Origin: an uncultured Methanosarcinales archaeon
GTDB lineage: Archaea > Nanobdellota > Nanobdellia > Woesearchaeales > ARS49
Direction of reading: 5' to 3'
Assembly (NCBI GenBank): GCA_964637115.1
Contig: CAZWVL010000003.1
Location: 1 to 64,000, forward strand
DNA: 64,000 bases
The notes beneath the pieces were generated by a model. That model worked only from the letters and a program-made list of their open reading frames with translations. It ran no database searches and was not told the DNA's origin. Both the position numbers and the translations under genes were made by a program. Positions 1 through 8,186 of the stretch are shown here, in pieces (within the stretch, counting starts at the first letter, position 1; each line of letters begins with the position of its first letter).

Positions 1-177
1 GTCAGACGGGGGTTTATAAACGTTTCTGTTTTCCAAGAGGTAAAAAGTATACTGCCGAGACTTAAATTTAATATTACTTGCAGTATATAAAGCGCTAAAA
101 AGACATTAGTACTGACTTCATTGATACGACTAAAGTTTAAGTAAGCATCGGGCCGTCTCTAGAAAAAAAAGAGTGAT

Positions 178-588
178 ATGATGAGATGGCTTGCAATACT
201 AATACTTGTTCTTCCGCTCGTACAGGCAAAAGCATACCTGGCATACCCATTGCCGTTCAATTTTGAATATGACAGCCCAAAAGACAGAATAAGCTTCCCG
301 CACATTTATCCAGGGCAGACTTTTGTTTCAGAAGAACGCTTTCTTGCAGAACCAATGAGACCCGGCACAAGCACAGTAAGATGGACAAGTGAAGCAGCGT
401 ATAGCATAGTTCTGGACAAAGTGCACTTGGAGCGCAAGGACTACGTGTTGATAATCAAAAGCAAGAAAGGACCCCAAATCAGAATGCTGCCATTTGAGAC
501 AACAAAAATTTATCTGGAGCCGGATTATTTTAAAATCAGGTATGATAAAGAAACGTCAACGATCTGGCTGGCGAAATATGCGCGATAG
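178..588 (+). CDS. Hypothetical secreted protein
   Basis: N-terminal hydrophobic signal peptide (MMRWLAILILVLPLVQA); no recognised domain. Confidence 0.65.
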   Translation: MMRWLAILILVLPLVQAKAYLAYPLPFNFEYDSPKDRISFPHIYPGQTFVSEERFLAEPMRPGTSTVRWTSEAAYSIVLDKVHLERKDYVLIIKSKKGPQIRMLPFETTKIYLEPDYFKIRYDKETSTIWLAKYAR

Positions 589-1470
589 TTATTCAAAAGA
601 ATATCTGGAAGGCAAAACTCTTGCCTGAAGCCCAATTGAGACTGCATGAACAGGATCGCTTTGTAGCATAATCGCCTGTTCAAGCGTAACTTCTATATGG
701 CCTACGAATTGTTTCTTGTGGGATTTTACCTTTCGCCAGCGCATCTGCTCTTCTTTCAACTCAACTTTAGGATACACGATGTTGAATGCACGAATAATCT
801 GGCGCCCCTGTTTTTCAACCAGCTCTAAGGAAGGCTGAGTTAATAACTCAAGCTCCACATATTCAAACCTGTTTTGACGCTGTTTCACATATGTTTTAGT
901 TTCAAAACAAACCGCAATCATATCTCTCAATAATCTTTTGTATTTTTCCTTCTTCCAAGGCGCCAATTTATCATAATTCTCAATTAAGTCAGTCAAGTAT
1001 TTAGGAAGTTCCGAGCCGTGTCGAGATTTCCGCGCTATATCGCTTCGTACGCCGTTGCTTGTAAAGAAGCCCATCAAAGATAACAGGCGAGCATAACTGC
1101 CCCCATTTGTGCCAAAATCTATGTCGTACCTTTTTTCCAAATTATCAGTTTTCTTTTCTTTCTTGGGAATTCTTTTTCTCAACTTCAAACCAAGTTCAGA
1201 TTCTATTATGCTGTCAATATCGTGCTGCTGCGTTCTTCCTTTTGAAATGGTTCCAGTATATTTATTTCCAGCATATGTTCTCAGAGAACCTGAAAAATAG
1301 ACATATAAACCAAGAACATTCAATCGTGATAATATTGGATTTCGATACGAAACAGGAAAGATGCCGTATTCATCAAGAACAGCTGCCCTTTTCTCGCCGA
1401 CACCTAGCTTTCCATAAGTATCTACAAACTCTTGTCTAGTGCAAATATTCATCTTTAATATTTCATCCAT
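589..1470 (-). CDS. Hypothetical basic protein, possibly a degenerate two-domain LAGLIDADG-fold DNA-binding protein
   Basis: 293-aa ORF with LGLYVYFSGSL ... YARLLSLMG ... RKS..GSELPKYL ... RDMIAVCFETK. Spacing recalls LAGLIDADG helices, but the catalytic acidic residues are absent. The fold call is pattern recognition only. Confidence 0.5.
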   Translation of the reverse strand: MDEILKMNICTRQEFVDTYGKLGVGEKRAAVLDEYGIFPVSYRNPILSRLNVLGLYVYFSGSLRTYAGNKYTGTISKGRTQQHDIDSIIESELGLKLRKRIPKKEKKTDNLEKRYDIDFGTNGGSYARLLSLMGFFTSNGVRSDIARKSRHGSELPKYLTDLIENYDKLAPWKKEKYKRLLRDMIAVCFETKTYVKQRQNRFEYVELELLTQPSLELVEKQGRQIIRAFNIVYPKVELKEEQMRWRKVKSHKKQFVGHIEVTLEQAIMLQSDPVHAVSIGLQARVLPSRYSFE

Positions 1471-1535
1471 GCGGTAAAAATAGAAATATGCATATATAAA
1501 CCTTGCGTACTTTAACTACTGTCTAGTAGTTTCAG

Positions 1536-3740
1536 TTAAACGCCGGCGCCCAGTTGCGCTGCAGTCAAGCCCTTTCTCTGAACGATCTGCTGGATAATTC
1601 TGGGCTGCAGTTCTGAAGGCAGCTTCTCAAAGTTCTGGTCAGCCAGCGAAGAAGTACCTCTTCCTGCAGTTGCAGAACGCAAGTCACTGCTCCAGCCAAG
1701 CATCTCTCCGACTGGAAGACGCGCTTTGACAATAGACAACGTACCTTCCTGTAATAATTCAAGAACCTGGCCGCGCTTGTTCATAACAAGCTTTGTCATC
1801 TCACCTGTGAATTCAATCGGAGCTTCAATCAAATGAGTTTGAACTGGCTCAAACATAACAGGACCAGCGCCCATCATGGCCAATCTCATACCTTCACGGA
1901 CACCAGGATACATTTGAGCAGGACCACGGTGAATTGCATCCTCGTGCAGTTTTGCATCAATCAAAATAACTTTGATGCCGAAACACGGTTCTCTGGCAAG
2001 CGGACCTTCATTCATGACTTGCTCAAAACCTTCCAAAATAAGCTCAATGGCTTCATTCAACTGGACAATACCTCTTGTAGCGTCAAGGAACATGTTGCCA
2101 TTGTAAATATGTTTAACAGACAAGGCCGTGTCGTTATCCCAGCCGGCAGCAACCAGCTTGTCACGCATAACCAAATCCTTCTTCTTGATACGACCTTCTG
2201 AAATGTCGCCATTCCTGATAAGTTCACGAATTTGAGGTTCAAGAGGCTCAACAACAAAGTATAACTTGTTGTGCTTGTTAGGAGTTTTTCCTTCAGCCAT
2301 CTGCGATTTCTTAGAGACAGTTTCTCTGTAAACGACAATAGGAGGAGAAGTCCTAATCTTGACGCCCTTTTCAGTAATAATTCTGTTCTCAATAATTTCT
2401 AAGTGCAGCTCGCCCATACCATGCAGCAAGTTCTCGCCAGTCTCCTGGTTGATTTCAATCTTGACAGACGGATCTTCCTTTGCGACCTTCTTCAAAACTT
2501 CAACCAGCTTTGACAAGTCCTGCGGTTTTTCAGGCTCGATAGCCTTGGTGATAACAGGCTCGAAAATGTGTTTGAGTTCTTCAAACGGATGTTCTGGCTC
2601 CAAAGTAATAGTTTCTCCTGCGTTGCCAGAAATACCAGCAATTGCAAGAACGTTGCCGGCAGGAACTTCCTCAAAAATTTCAGGCTTGATGCCTTGGTAC
2701 ATAAAAACTGTTGATAATCTCTGCTGCTGTTTTGCATTGTTTAACCAGACTTGCATGCCGTCACGCACAGTGCCAGAATACAATCTGCCTGCAGAAAGTT
2801 CCCTGCCAGACTTTGGCTCAATAAGAATTCTGGTAATAATAAAAGCGACCTTGCCATTTGGATTGCAAGTTAGCAAGTCCTTGCCCAACTGAGAGTCAAG
2901 ATCTCCTTTCCAGATTTTTGGAATACGGTAAACTTGAGCTTCCTTTGGAGTGGGAAGGTGCTTGATGACTATGTCGAGAATGACTTCGTGAAGAGGACAT
3001 TTTTCTCGGATAAATTTCTCTCTTTCTTCATCCTGCAATTCATAGATCTTGAGAATATCCTTGAAGTTAACACCTTTTTTCTGCATGAAAGGAAGAGATA
3101 AAGCCCAGTTGTCTCTCGCACTGCCAAATGCGACAGAGCCGTCCTGAATGTTAACCTTCCACTTCTGCTTGAACTCGGTTTCCGCAATCTGCTCCAGAAG
3201 CTTGTTGAATTCTGTGATGATTTCAACAAAACGCTTCTGCATCTGCTCAGGAGTATACTGCATTTCCTTGATAAGACGGTCAACCTTGTTGATGAACAAA
3301 ACAGGCTTGACACGCTCTCTTAACGCCTGCTTCATAACAGTTTCAGTCTGCGGCATGATGCCTTCAGAAGCGCACACAAGAACAACAGTGCCGTCGATGG
3401 CTCTCATAGCTCTTGTGACGTTTCCGCCAAAATCAACGTGACCAGGAGTGTCGATAAGATTAATTAGATATTCTGTGCCTTGGAACTCGTGAACCATTGA
3501 AACGTTTGCAGAGTCAACGGTCATCAAACGCTCCTGCTCATCAGCGTGCTGCCAAGTTGCCATGCCCTTTTCCAGTTCACCAGCTGCAGCTTCCGCCATA
3601 AATCCTGCTGCTGCCAAAAGATTATCAGTAAAAGCAGTTTTGCCGTGGTGGATGTGAGCAGATGTAGCGATGTTTCTAATCTTAGATTGGTCGTGCGACA
3701 TGCGCTTCATACGTGCTATTTTGTCTTCAGTAACTGCCAT
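1536..3740 (-). CDS. fusA: Archaeal translation elongation factor 2 (aEF-2)
   Basis: G1 AHIHHGKT, G3 DTPGH, G4 NKVD, diphthamide loop HEDAIHRGPAQ, 734 aa. Confidence 0.97.
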   Translation of the reverse strand: MAVTEDKIARMKRMSHDQSKIRNIATSAHIHHGKTAFTDNLLAAAGFMAEAAAGELEKGMATWQHADEQERLMTVDSANVSMVHEFQGTEYLINLIDTPGHVDFGGNVTRAMRAIDGTVVLVCASEGIMPQTETVMKQALRERVKPVLFINKVDRLIKEMQYTPEQMQKRFVEIITEFNKLLEQIAETEFKQKWKVNIQDGSVAFGSARDNWALSLPFMQKKGVNFKDILKIYELQDEEREKFIREKCPLHEVILDIVIKHLPTPKEAQVYRIPKIWKGDLDSQLGKDLLTCNPNGKVAFIITRILIEPKSGRELSAGRLYSGTVRDGMQVWLNNAKQQQRLSTVFMYQGIKPEIFEEVPAGNVLAIAGISGNAGETITLEPEHPFEELKHIFEPVITKAIEPEKPQDLSKLVEVLKKVAKEDPSVKIEINQETGENLLHGMGELHLEIIENRIITEKGVKIRTSPPIVVYRETVSKKSQMAEGKTPNKHNKLYFVVEPLEPQIRELIRNGDISEGRIKKKDLVMRDKLVAAGWDNDTALSVKHIYNGNMFLDATRGIVQLNEAIELILEGFEQVMNEGPLAREPCFGIKVILIDAKLHEDAIHRGPAQMYPGVREGMRLAMMGAGPVMFEPVQTHLIEAPIEFTGEMTKLVMNKRGQVLELLQEGTLSIVKARLPVGEMLGWSSDLRSATAGRGTSSLADQNFEKLPSELQPRIIQQIVQRKGLTAAQLGAGV

Positions 3741-3741
3741 T

Positions 3742-4317
3742 TCACTTCACTTTTCTGTAAAGCAACGCTTCATCCACGCGCTGATATGGATGAATTTCGT
3801 CTTTCATAAACCAAATAGCGATTTCGCGCTTTGCTGATTCAGAAGAATCGGACGCGTGGATGAGATTTTGGATTGGTCTGCCAGAAACGTCTGCCAGGCC
3901 GTAACTGTCAAATGAATAGTCTCCTCTTATTGTGCCAGGTGCTGCCTTACTGGGAGCAGTATCGCCAACAACAGTTCTCACCTTGTTGATGACATCGTGG
4001 CCTTCAAGAACAACTGCAACAGTCGGAGACATTGTGATGAAATCAATTAATTGCTGTCTGACGCGCTGGCCGATAGCTTTTGCCGAATCAGCAATCTTTT
4101 GGCCCTTTGCCTCGTATGCTTTTTTCATCTTTTCGCCAACACTTGTAAGCCAGGCCTCGTCATCAGCATAATGCTTGCCGGCAACATTTTTGGTAGCATA
4201 ACACATTTTCAAACCAATAATCTTGAAACCAGGACGTTCGAATCTTGAGAGAATTTCTCCGACCAATGCTCTTTGCACTGCATCCGGCTTAAGCAAGACA
4301 AGAGTTTTCTCAATCAT
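3742..4317 (-). CDS. ndk: Nucleoside diphosphate kinase
   Basis: [31 protein letters not shown] (catalytic His). Confidence 0.96.
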   Translation of the reverse strand: MIEKTLVLLKPDAVQRALVGEILSRFERPGFKIIGLKMCYATKNVAGKHYADDEAWLTSVGEKMKKAYEAKGQKIADSAKAIGQRVRQQLIDFITMSPTVAVVLEGHDVINKVRTVVGDTAPSKAAPGTIRGDYSFDSYGLADVSGRPIQNLIHASDSSESAKREIAIWFMKDEIHPYQRVDEALLYRKVK

Positions 4318-4499
4318 TTCTTCACCTCGCCCTTTTCATAAGACTTTGTCCACTTGGTGAAACGCGGCACACGCTTAAGCTTGAGCATGTTCTTCTCGCA
4401 TTTCATCGAGCAAAAGTTCAAAATAGTGCTGTCCTTTTTCACATACATTGTGCCAGTGCCAGGTTCAATAGATGATTTGCAGAATGTGCATTTCGTCAT
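4314..4499 (-). CDS. rpl24e: 50S ribosomal protein L24e
   Basis: CTFC..IEPGTG.MYV.KD...FCS.KC motif. Confidence 0.96.
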   Translation of the reverse strand: MTKCTFCKSSIEPGTGTMYVKKDSTILNFCSMKCEKNMLKLKRVPRFTKWTKSYEKGEVKK

Positions 4500-4804
4500 T
4501 ATCCACCGCCTCTGCCTGACTTGTTCAAAGGTCTTGCTTCAATTTCAGTTTCTCTAAGCATCAAAATGTCATCCTTCTGAATAGGGCCCTTGACGTTTCG
4601 TCTGAGAATCTTGTCCTTATCACGGCCGTCCAAAACACGGCACCTAACCTGAATGGCTTCTCCTCGAGTGCCGGTCCTGCCAATGACTTCTTCAACACGC
4701 GCAGGAACTGCATAACTAAAACTTGCTCCAGCAGTCTCCTGCTTTGGCTTCTGCTTTTGTTCAACAGGAGCTTCTTCCCTGACTGGTTTCTTTGGATCGC
4801 CCAT
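4499..4804 (-). CDS. rps28e: 30S ribosomal protein S28e with N-terminal extension
   Basis: [20 protein letters not shown]...RRNVKGP...LRETEIEAR core; ~30-aa charged N-terminal extension. Confidence 0.95.
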   Translation of the reverse strand: MGDPKKPVREEAPVEQKQKPKQETAGASFSYAVPARVEEVIGRTGTRGEAIQVRCRVLDGRDKDKILRRNVKGPIQKDDILMLRETEIEARPLNKSGRGGG

Positions 4805-4808
4805 CTTC

Positions 4809-5132
4809 TCAACCCGTCTTCTTCAATTCTTCAATGATTTTTTTAGCATCGCCTTCAACAATGATTGCGACAGCGCCAGTAGGAACGCCAATGCCTGCTG
4901 CTGTTCCAAGCTCTTCCTTGCTGTTAACTTGGATGCACGGAATGCCTTTTTCTTTAGCAAGAACTGGCAAGTGCATTATAATTTCTGCCGGCTGCACGTC
5001 TTTTGCAAAGACAACTAATTTTGCAGTTCCTCTTTCCAATGCTTTTGTAGCTTCATTAGTTCCCTTCTTGATTTTACCGGTATTTTTAGCTACTTCAACA
5101 GCTTCTAATGCTTTTTGTATATCATCTGCCAT
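4809..5132 (-). CDS. rpl7ae: 50S ribosomal protein L7Ae
   Basis: KIKKGTNEATKALERGTAKLVVFAKDVQP..I..HLP. Start moved to ATG 5132, which follows a GGAGG SD. Confidence 0.96.
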   Translation of the reverse strand: MADDIQKALEAVEVAKNTGKIKKGTNEATKALERGTAKLVVFAKDVQPAEIIMHLPVLAKEKGIPCIQVNSKEELGTAAGIGVPTGAVAIIVEGDAKKIIEELKKTG

Positions 5133-5190
5133 ATGAATCCTCCAAGGAGAAAGACTCCTCATTCAGCCCATACGGGCTTCATCAATCATA
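5133..5190 (-). promoter_or_regulatory. rpl7ae 5' UTR with K-turn and SD-proximal hairpin
   Basis: Minus-strand RNA UAUGAUU-GAU-GA-AGCCC-GUAU-GGGCU-GA-AUGAGGAG-UCUUU-CUCCUU-GGAGG-AUUCAU-AUG: a 3-nt bulge ending in U, tandem GA/GA and a 5-bp stem. TATA-like CTTTATAAACC lies ~25-30 bp upstream. Confidence 0.7.
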
Positions 5191-5313
5191 GGTTAGTATT
5201 TGGTGTCTAGAGGTGGTTTATAAAGATATCGCTCACGTGAGCTGTTACCGTTACCAACTTTTCTGGAAATATTTATAACGGCGGGCTCAATAAATAATTT
5301 GTACGGAGACTAC

Positions 5314-6201
5314 ATGCAAAAAATAACACCATTCCTGTGGTTCGATGATCAGGCAGAAGAAGCGGTTAATTTTTACACCTCTATCTTCAAAAATTCAAAA
5401 ATTGGGAGCATTGCTCGCTATGACGAGGCAGGGGCAAAAGTCTCTGGAAGACCAAAAGGAACGGTAATGACTGTCGCGTTCCAGATCGAAGGGCAGGAAT
5501 TTACTGCACTTAATGGGGGCCCAATTTTCCAGTTCAGTCCTGCAATATCATTTTTCGTATATTGTAAAACAGAAAAAGAAATCAACGATCTGTTTGCAAA
5601 ACTATCTGCTGGCGGACAAGTGCGTATGGCATTAGATAAGTATTCATTTAGTGAAAGATACGCGTTCGTCAGTGACAAGTTTGGTGTATCGTGGCAGCTG
5701 ATGCTTTCGCCTGCACAACCCCATATCACTCCCTGCCTTCTCTTTGTCGGCAAGGACCTTGGCAAAGCCGAAGCAGCAGTACGGTTTTACACAACAGTAT
5801 TCAAGCACGCAAGCATCAGCCATATGTCGCATTACGAGAAGGGAGAACCCGGTCAAGCAGGCACAGTCAAGCACTCGTCATTTCTTCTTGAAGGGCAAGA
5901 ATTCATAGCAATGGATGGCACAGGACCACACAAATTTACATTCAACGAATCCATTTCGTTTGTTGTCAATTGCGAGACACAAGGCGAAGTTGATTACTAT
6001 TGGGAGAAGCTTTCGGAAGGTGGGAAAGAAGTGCAGTGCGGCTGGCTCAAAGACAAATATGGCGTGTCGTGGCAGGTCGTTCCCACTATTTTGGCAAGAC
6101 TGATTCAGGACAAAGACCCTGAGAAATCAAAAAGCGTCATGAAGGCAATGCTTCAAATGATTAAAATTGACATAAAACTTTTAAAGCAAGCGTATAGGTA
6201 A
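5314..6201 (+). CDS. VOC/PhnB-like protein (3-demethylubiquinone-9 3-methyltransferase family), two tandem domains
   Basis: MQKITPFLWFDDQAEEA..FY, ALNGGP.F.F.PAISF, CGWLKDKYGVSWQ, repeated twice. Confidence 0.9.
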   Translation: MQKITPFLWFDDQAEEAVNFYTSIFKNSKIGSIARYDEAGAKVSGRPKGTVMTVAFQIEGQEFTALNGGPIFQFSPAISFFVYCKTEKEINDLFAKLSAGGQVRMALDKYSFSERYAFVSDKFGVSWQLMLSPAQPHITPCLLFVGKDLGKAEAAVRFYTTVFKHASISHMSHYEKGEPGQAGTVKHSSFLLEGQEFIAMDGTGPHKFTFNESISFVVNCETQGEVDYYWEKLSEGGKEVQCGWLKDKYGVSWQVVPTILARLIQDKDPEKSKSVMKAMLQMIKIDIKLLKQAYR

Positions 6202-6235
6202 TAATAAAATGGCAAAAAGTAAAGGAGGAAACAAT

Positions 6236-6601
6236 ATGAGCTACGTCGATGGGTTTGTGTTAGTGGTGCCAAAGAAGAATTTCAAAGCGTACAAGGCCAT
6301 GGCCGCAAAAGCAGGAAAGATATGGAAAAAGCACGGCGCGCTCCAGTACCTTGAGTGCATTGGTGATGATTTACACCCTAAGTGGTGCAAGCTGCCTTTT
6401 ACCAAGCTAGTGAAGGCGAAGAAGAGTGATACAGTGTGGTACTCGTTTATCATCTATAAGAACAAGGCTCACCGCAACCGTGTCAACGCGAAAGTCATGA
6501 AAGACCCATTGATGAACGACCCGCAGTGGAAAGACAAGCCGATGCCCTTTGACATGAAGCGCATGGCGTACGGCGGCTTCAAAGCGATCGTTGAAGCCTA
6601 G
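6236..6601 (+). CDS. DUF1428 (YbaA-like) protein
   Basis: MSYVDGFVLVVPKK..Y..MA..AG.IWKKHGAL.Y.EC ... MPFDMKRMAYGGF; AGGAGG SD. Confidence 0.9.
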   Translation: MSYVDGFVLVVPKKNFKAYKAMAAKAGKIWKKHGALQYLECIGDDLHPKWCKLPFTKLVKAKKSDTVWYSFIIYKNKAHRNRVNAKVMKDPLMNDPQWKDKPMPFDMKRMAYGGFKAIVEA

Positions 6602-6639
6602 AAGATAAAATATTTAAACAGCAAGGAGATTGCAATAAT

Positions 6640-7023
6640 ATGAACTTCCGCAACAGATATCTGGTAATCACCATTCGAACTATATTTGGATTACTGTTGA
6701 TTTTCAGCGGCGTGACTGGTTTTCTTGCGGGCAAGTCGATGCAAGGAGTGCCGCCAGACATGGTTGAATCCACCAAGGTCCTTTGGAACACAGGCATATT
6801 CCAGATGATAAAAACAACTGAGATAGTGGCCGGTCTTATGCTTGTTATTGGCTTCCTGCCAGCGCTTGCAGCAATATTTGTCGCACCCATCGCCGTAGGA
6901 ATCATCGTGGTCAATTCAATGATTGCTCCAAACTTCGTGATTTCAGGAGTTATCGTCTGCCTGCTCAATGCATATCTAGGATATGCCTACTGGGACAAGT
7001 ACAAAGCCTTGTTTAAGCGCTAA
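6640..7023 (+). CDS. DoxX-family membrane protein
   Basis: Four hydrophobic segments; RTIFGLLLIFSG, EIVAGLMLVIG. Confidence 0.75.
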   Translation: MNFRNRYLVITIRTIFGLLLIFSGVTGFLAGKSMQGVPPDMVESTKVLWNTGIFQMIKTTEIVAGLMLVIGFLPALAAIFVAPIAVGIIVVNSMIAPNFVISGVIVCLLNAYLGYAYWDKYKALFKR

Positions 7024-7068
7024 TACGTTCTCGAAACTATTATAATATAGCAATACGCAGTTGATGGC

Positions 7069-7923
7069 ATGCTCGAATTAACACTTATCCTTGTCGCATT
7101 ATTTGTTCTAGTTGTTGCATCCTATGTCGACCTGCGCATATTGGAAGTGCCTGACTGGCTTAATTATGCAGGAGTTGCAGCAGGATTGGGCATACATTTG
7201 ATATTTAGTTTACAACAATTGAGCTGGTGGCCGATTGCATCAAGTGCAATAGGATTTGGAATAGCATTTGCGTTAGCATGCTTAATGTTTTACACAGGCC
7301 AATGGGGAGGAGGAGACGCAAAACTCCTGATGGCGCTTGGAGCAATAATCGGGTTTGAGCCTGAGAAATTCGGATTTGGAAGCAGTTTTCTGATTAATCT
7401 GGTGTTCATCGGCGGAGCGTGGGGAGTAATTTGGAGCGGACAACTTGCAGTTAGAAACTGGAAAGAATTCTGGAAGACATTTAGAACATTGTCGCATCAA
7501 CAACCGTATGCACGAATGAGAATAAGCGCCATGATAACAACAGCAATACTTGTCATAGCTGCGCTCATTTTATTGCAGTATCAGCTTGAATTAATCGGAC
7601 TTGCGCTCATCACGTATTTCATCTGCTATTCAATAATTTTTATCAAGAGCGTAGAGCTAAGCTGCATGCACAAATGGGTGACGCCAGACAAATTAACAGA
7701 AGGAGACTGGCTGGTAAGGCCTGTGAAGGTCGGCAAAACAGTTATTGAGCCGCCAAAATTAGGACTTGAAAAAAAACACGTGGCATACCTGCAGAAGATG
7801 TATAGTCAAAAGAAAATAGACAAAGTACTTGTAAAGTACGGAATACCGTTTGCGCCAGCATTCTTCTTTGCGTTTGTTGCGACGATGGCGTTGGGTAATA
7901 TAGTGCTTGCTGCGTTGTTCTGA
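7069..7923 (+). CDS. Prepilin/prearchaellin peptidase (A24 family, PibD/FlaK-like)
   Basis: SYVDLR (Asp1), WGGGDAKL (GxGD), multiple TM helices, C-terminal GIPFAPAF. Confidence 0.9.
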   Translation: MLELTLILVALFVLVVASYVDLRILEVPDWLNYAGVAAGLGIHLIFSLQQLSWWPIASSAIGFGIAFALACLMFYTGQWGGGDAKLLMALGAIIGFEPEKFGFGSSFLINLVFIGGAWGVIWSGQLAVRNWKEFWKTFRTLSHQQPYARMRISAMITTAILVIAALILLQYQLELIGLALITYFICYSIIFIKSVELSCMHKWVTPDKLTEGDWLVRPVKVGKTVIEPPKLGLEKKHVAYLQKMYSQKKIDKVLVKYGIPFAPAFFFAFVATMALGNIVLAALF

Positions 7924-7929
7924 TTTCAC

Positions 7930-8016
7930 GTTCGCCGTGGTCTTTGACTGACTTTTTCTCCCTCTTACAGGTACGAGGGAGAAAAAGTCATCTGAGCTTG
8001 CGCGGGCGCGGCGAAC
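7930..8016 (+). ncRNA. Structured intergenic element, copy 1 (putative ncRNA or non-autonomous palindromic element)
   Basis: Outer stem GTTCGCCGTG/CGCGGCGAAC, mini-hairpin GTC-TTT-GAC, perfect 16-bp stem 7949-7964/7975-7990; homologous to 18607-18696. Confidence 0.6.
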
Positions 8017-8081
8017 CGAAAAGGCCTTTTAACTCTCTTGTTACGACAAATCTTTAAAAGACAGCTGACTATTGCAAGCTT

Positions 8082-8186
8082 ATGGTATTAGAGACAGAAT
8101 TCCTGGTGATGATAGGTCTGCTGACGATGTTCTCAATAGTTGCAGTGATTTTGAAAACACTAAAAGCGAGAATTTTCAATATTTAG
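8082..8186 (+). CDS. Small single-pass membrane protein (34 aa), not in ORF track
   Basis: Hand translation MVLETEFLVMIGLLTMFSIVAVILKTLKARIFNI*; TATA-like TCTTTAAAAG ~25 bp upstream; stop overlaps the convergent HIT stop. Confidence 0.6.
   Translation: MVLETEFLVMIGLLTMFSIVAVILKTLKARIFNI

Noticed and set aside
1536-3740. Intein or diphthamide-less EF-2 paralog
   Set aside because: Length is normal and the target His motif HEDAIHRG is intact
7880-8016. Structured elements as DGR target hairpins (DGRs are known in DPANN)
   Set aside because: The 3' ends of the two upstream genes share no VR-like similarity and are not C-type-lectin-like; no RT, Avd or TR is in the window
7921-8016. SECIS or UGA read-through after the prepilin peptidase
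   Set aside because: The peptidase ends at its expected C-terminus, the second copy follows TAG, and no archaeal SECIS GAA/A motif is evident
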